Notes under the pieces: generated by a model
What the model was told of the DNA's origin: nothing
What the model saw: only the letters and a program-made list of their open reading frames with translations
Database searches by the model: none
In this document: in pieces, positions 60,323 to 64,000 of the stretch
How positions within the stretch are numbered: position 1 is the first letter of the stretch
Layout: each line of letters starts with the position of its first letter
Sequence record: OR620964.1
Strand: one strand, 5' to 3'
DNA length: 64,000 nucleotides
Program-made: the position numbers and the translations under genes

Positions 60323-60906
60323 TGGAATTTCCTGCTAGCATTCAAATCAAGGAACACAAGGTACTCCTTGTGCATAAAGGGAATTTGATTAATGATTTTA
60401 TGCGCGGCAAATTCTCAGTTGTTGGTATTGAATGTAACTCCCGTGGTGCATATGGCAGCCCGTTACAAAAGCACATCGCTGCTATCTTCCCACAGATGTT
60501 GACACAGCTTGCAGAGCTTACGTATGATCGTAAGCTACTAGGTACTGCGAATATATTCCGTGTACCTTCTCGTGGTAATGCAAGGCAGTATGTTGCAAAC
60601 ATGTTCTTGGCTTCCGGTTATGGACTCGGCCGTGATTCCAAGAATAGAGGCACCAAGCCTGTTAACCGATTCAGTGAGCGCTTCCTGCGTAACGCAATGG
60701 AGCAAGTTCTAGAGTCGTGTGATAAATATAAACTACCTGTAGATCGCCAGATAGCAATTCAGCGAGTATACGGTGGACTCGGGGGAGTGTCGTGGGCAGA
60801 AGTACAGACAGTGCTTGATGATATTTGTGATAAGCATAAGTTTAGTCTTTACGCCTACCTCCCAACTACGTATGATACTCAATTTGTACGCGGGACAACT
60901 CGCTAA
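60322..60906 (+). CDS. macrodomain-like protein (Poa1p/DarG type), divergent
   Basis: CNSRGAYGSPLQKHIAAIFP and IQRVYGGLGGVSWAEVQTVL match macrodomain motifs. Confidence 0.65.
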   Translation: MEFPASIQIKEHKVLLVHKGNLINDFMRGKFSVVGIECNSRGAYGSPLQKHIAAIFPQMLTQLAELTYDRKLLGTANIFRVPSRGNARQYVANMFLASGYGLGRDSKNRGTKPVNRFSERFLRNAMEQVLESCDKYKLPVDRQIAIQRVYGGLGGVSWAEVQTVLDDICDKHKFSLYAYLPTTYDTQFVRGTTR

Positions 60907-60923
60907 GTACACGGGATGAAGTT

Positions 60924-61247
60924 ATGAGAGCGATTCGTGGCTTTGATTTTATATATTATGGGGATGGCACTAACGACGGTCAGCAATTAATTGACGTACT
61001 TGACTTAGACCAAGATGCGAAGACCATCCGGCTAACGTTCTTTGCCGGAAATACTTCTACTGTTATTCGTGCGTTGCAGCAGAATTCGGTAATATATACA
61101 CAAGCAGAAAGTGGCCTGTATGAAATGAAGTACAAATGCGGGTTCAAAAATCTGGATGCAACGGCTGTACCAGAACTTTCTTCGGTGACATTACGATTGG
61201 TAGAAGCTAAGTTCTATCAAGGTGTCACAAACATAGATTATCAATAG
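60924..61247 (+). CDS. hypothetical protein
   Basis: 107-aa ORF. Confidence 0.65.
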   Translation: MRAIRGFDFIYYGDGTNDGQQLIDVLDLDQDAKTIRLTFFAGNTSTVIRALQQNSVIYTQAESGLYEMKYKCGFKNLDATAVPELSSVTLRLVEAKFYQGVTNIDYQ

Positions 61248-61258
61248 GACAATTAATT

Positions 61259-61942
61259 ATGTATTCCGCAAAAGAGATAGAGAGTAAGCTGGCAAAGATA
61301 GACTATAACTTCTATTCACGGCCTAGCGAAGCATTGCTTGATGAAGTATTCCGTGATGGTAAGAGTCGTGTTCTTGCCTCAGGTAACACGACACGCTTGT
61401 GTAAGTTATCTGATACCTATTTCGATTTCTGTTGGGCACAGGTAGCACAGTTCTGTGTCAGTTCGTACAACGCTGTTGAGATCGCGTTTATGGTAGGCAT
61501 TCAACCTATCTATGTTGCTGCATACATCAATCGCTATGGGTCTGACTGGTCAGTTAAGTTATTCCAGCGTAAAGGCATTTCAGAAATTTGCCGTGACGAA
61601 TATTCGGTTGTGCAGACCAAAGACTTGTTCTGGTCTGTCTATGCAATCCAGCAACGTCTTGTTCCACGCACTGCGCTTGTTACTGAGGCACAGAAACGAA
61701 TGCATGGACTGCTTTGCCAAAAACGTTACAGTGAATTCCAAGCTGCGGCATCACATACGCATACCATGCTTATTTCACTTGTCACAAATGATCGCCAGGC
61801 TATCTTTAATGACCCTCGTGTGAATAAGAAGACAAAGGCCGAAGAAAAACAATCAGACCCAGATCTGGTTCGTATTCGTCCTGTTGTCATTCCAGCACAA
61901 TCGGATCGCCCTGCATTCAATGCGCATCTAAGACAATATTGA
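61259..61942 (+). CDS. hypothetical protein
   Basis: AGGA RBS. Confidence 0.75.
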   Translation: MYSAKEIESKLAKIDYNFYSRPSEALLDEVFRDGKSRVLASGNTTRLCKLSDTYFDFCWAQVAQFCVSSYNAVEIAFMVGIQPIYVAAYINRYGSDWSVKLFQRKGISEICRDEYSVVQTKDLFWSVYAIQQRLVPRTALVTEAQKRMHGLLCQKRYSEFQAAASHTHTMLISLVTNDRQAIFNDPRVNKKTKAEEKQSDPDLVRIRPVVIPAQSDRPAFNAHLRQY

Positions 61943-61957
61943 TAAATAAGGTAATCA

Positions 61958-62725
61958 ATGAACGTAGATAAAACAATGCCTTCAGGCAAGTGGGAATTTG
62001 ATGAACCAGTAGCTGCCGTATTCGATAACATGCTGGCCAACTCGATTCCATCGTATGACCGTATGCGTGACCTGACGTTTCGCTTGGGTAAACGTTTCGT
62101 AACACCTGGTTCAACTATTGTTGATCTTGGTGCATCACTAGGCCGTGCTATTGAACCGTTCTGTGAGTATTTCGGTCCGTACATGTATATTCATGCGGCA
62201 GATAGACCTGAGCCAGACCGAGAGATAGGCAATCATTACAGCCTGTATGAAACAGCACCTGCAATGCGTGAGCGTCTTGCGAAGAATGACGTGTTGAATG
62301 CGGCAGATGCAAAACTTGAATCCGAATCTCTTGTGGACGTTGATACGTTTCGTTTTAGTGAGCAGGTTGAATGCTCACTGATCCTGTCCGTGCTAACACT
62401 ACAGTTTACGCCTATCGAACATCGCCAACATATTCTGGAAAAGGTCTATGACTCTCTCCAGACAGGTGGTGCATTCATTCTTGTTGAAAAGGTTCTTGGC
62501 GACGATAACTATCTGGACAAGCTGTTGGTAGATACTTACTATCAGATGAAAGGTGGTAACGGGTACTCGCAAGAATCCATTGCTACCAAGCGTAAGTCGC
62601 TAGAAGGTGTTCTGGTTCCTGTTAAGGCAGCGTGGAATGAAGAACTATTACGCAAGGCAGGATTTAGCCGCGTTGAATGCTTCTACCGAGATCTTAACTT
62701 CGCTGGATGGATCGCGATCAAGTAA
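61958..62725 (+). CDS. cmoA: CmoA-like carboxy-S-adenosylmethionine synthase / SAM-dependent methyltransferase
   Basis: WEFDEPVAAVFDNML..SIPSY, VDLGASLG, LTLQF, GGAFILVEK, IATKRKSLEGV, LRKAGF...LNF; collinear with recalled E. coli CmoA. Confidence 0.8.
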   Translation: MNVDKTMPSGKWEFDEPVAAVFDNMLANSIPSYDRMRDLTFRLGKRFVTPGSTIVDLGASLGRAIEPFCEYFGPYMYIHAADRPEPDREIGNHYSLYETAPAMRERLAKNDVLNAADAKLESESLVDVDTFRFSEQVECSLILSVLTLQFTPIEHRQHILEKVYDSLQTGGAFILVEKVLGDDNYLDKLLVDTYYQMKGGNGYSQESIATKRKSLEGVLVPVKAAWNEELLRKAGFSRVECFYRDLNFAGWIAIK

Positions 62726-62777
62726 TGCATGTGGGCTGCCTTCGGGTTGCCCTATCTACTATATAAGGAGTATTATT

Positions 62778-63632
62778 GTGTCTAAGGCACTGGCGATTTC
62801 TAAAGTAATCAGACGCACATTGGTGAGCACGTTTAAGAACGCGAAAACAGAACGTCCGTTCGTGTTCCTGTCCAGCGGCGCTGATAGTAACTGTCTTTTG
62901 TTCGCTGCGCTTGAGGCAGGCAAGCAACCAGTTACACTATCATTTCATATGGAAGGTACTATTAGTCGTGACTTCCGTCAGGCGCAAGCAACTGCCAAAC
63001 TGTTTAACGTACCGTTCATTGAAGTTGTATTACCTACCAACGTCGAGACACTCAAGAAAGAGTGCATACTATTAGCCAAGAAATACGGATGTCGTAGTAA
63101 GTCTGACTTCGAATGTGTCTGGCCTATGTACCACGCGTTCCGTGCTGTTGCGAAATATGCAAAGAAACACAAGATTGCTTCACCTACAATCTACACAGGT
63201 CATGCGGCTGATATATACTACGTTCTTTCCAAGAAAGGTAACATGCATTATAAAGATCGCCCAGACGATTATCGCAATGAGCGCTTTGTAGATCCTAAAC
63301 TATCACAGAGACACATACTGCCTTCGATTGCTTCTGACCTTGAAATTTCTAATGAAATACCATGGGTCGATAAGAAAATCTTGAAATCATTCCAAGGTGC
63401 TTCTATCGCTGACGTCAATAAGCCTCGTCAGAAAGAGCCGTCACGTCTAGCCTTTGATAGTTATTTCTCCCAAACGAAAGTCTATCAACATACGAATTTC
63501 CAACTCGGTGATAGCGGCATTTCGAAACATTTTGAAGTATTGTTGTCAGATCCTGAATGGAATCCCGACAACAAGTTTCGTGCTGTCATCGGTGTGTACA
63601 ACGAACTCTGCCGAAGACTCGGAGTGGCGTAA
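62778..63632 (+). CDS. asparagine-synthetase C-terminal-like ATP pyrophosphatase / amide ligase (no glutaminase domain)
   Basis: PP-loop FLSSGADSN, TGHAAD (cf. SGEGAD), PWVD; AAGGAG RBS before GTG at 62778. Confidence 0.7.
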   Translation: MSKALAISKVIRRTLVSTFKNAKTERPFVFLSSGADSNCLLFAALEAGKQPVTLSFHMEGTISRDFRQAQATAKLFNVPFIEVVLPTNVETLKKECILLAKKYGCRSKSDFECVWPMYHAFRAVAKYAKKHKIASPTIYTGHAADIYYVLSKKGNMHYKDRPDDYRNERFVDPKLSQRHILPSIASDLEISNEIPWVDKKILKSFQGASIADVNKPRQKEPSRLAFDSYFSQTKVYQHTNFQLGDSGISKHFEVLLSDPEWNPDNKFRAVIGVYNELCRRLGVA

Positions 63633-64000
63633 TGATTCGCGTATTTGATTCCGGCGCAGGAGGAGCATACGTATCGGAGTTGCTTACTGCGCACGGAGTA
63701 CATAACAAACTAAGCATGTTCCCTAACATGTTCCCGTTTGGTACTAAGACAGCCGACCAGTTACTTAGCTTATTTCATGATTATCGGAATAGTGTTACTG
63801 GTACTGTTTTCTGTGCTTGTAACACTATGAGTCTTGTGCTTAACTCCAATGGGTACGACTTTACCTCATGTGATGTTATTCCTACATTTCCTAATCTGTC
63901 TCCTGATGCGCCAGTTTGCTACGGCACAAAGAATACAGTTTGTCTGGCTCAGATACTGTCACCTAACCTTAGAGTTCGTGCCGTGCCTAATCTTGTTTCT
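63632..64000 (+). CDS. glutamate racemase (MurI)-like protein, truncated by the window end
   Basis: TAATG overlap; MIRVFDSGAGG, FPFGTKT, CACNT read by hand; not in the ORF track. Confidence 0.75.
   Translation, partial: MIRVFDSGAGGAYVSELLTAHGVHNKLSMFPNMFPFGTKTADQLLSLFHDYRNSVTGTVFCACNTMSLVLNSNGYDFTSCDVIPTFPNLSPDAPVCYGTKNTVCLAQILSPNLRVRAVPNLVS

Noticed and set aside
62731-62752. GGGC.GCC-TTCG-GGT.GCCC hairpin between the cmoA-like and asnB-like genes as a terminator splitting the cluster
   Set aside because: It has a stable UUCG loop but no T-tract, so it more likely stabilises or processes RNA than terminates.

Overview
A 64-kb segment of a large lytic dsDNA (jumbo-type) phage genome. All credible genes are on the + strand and densely packed. 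The host is probably an enterobacterium; this is inferred from sigma70-type promoters, AGGAG Shine-Dalgarno sites and E. coli-like CmoA, TraR and NrdA-tail similarities. Roughly 1-29 kb is an early/accessory region of small hypothetical genes, driven by repeated promoters with a conserved upstream box. It includes a NADAR/DUF6939-like protein, a GNAT-like protein, a KptA/Tpt1 2'-phosphotransferase, a radical SAM enzyme, a TraR/DksA protein, dUTPase, a lytic transglycosylase and an HD hydrolase. About 29-41 kb encodes highly acidic and highly basic low-complexity proteins, including a histone-H1-like repeat protein. About 41.8-64 kb holds core functions: type II topoisomerase B and A subunits, an HNH protein, a possible sigma-like factor, DnaB helicase, intein-containing terminase, probable portal, 5'-3' exonuclease and a macrodomain protein. 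It ends in a CmoA-like / AsnB-like / glutamate-racemase-like cluster cut by the window edge. Best leads: (1) that cluster as a carboxy-SAM-based DNA hypermodification pathway; (2) an unannotated 52-aa peptide copying the redox-active C-terminal tail of ribonucleotide reductase NrdA; (3) a three-copy covarying hairpin placed right after stop codons; (4) a fixed-spacing promoter box found about 10 times; (5) a charged-protein module sharing helical repeats. All protein calls come from motif recognition by eye; no searches were run.
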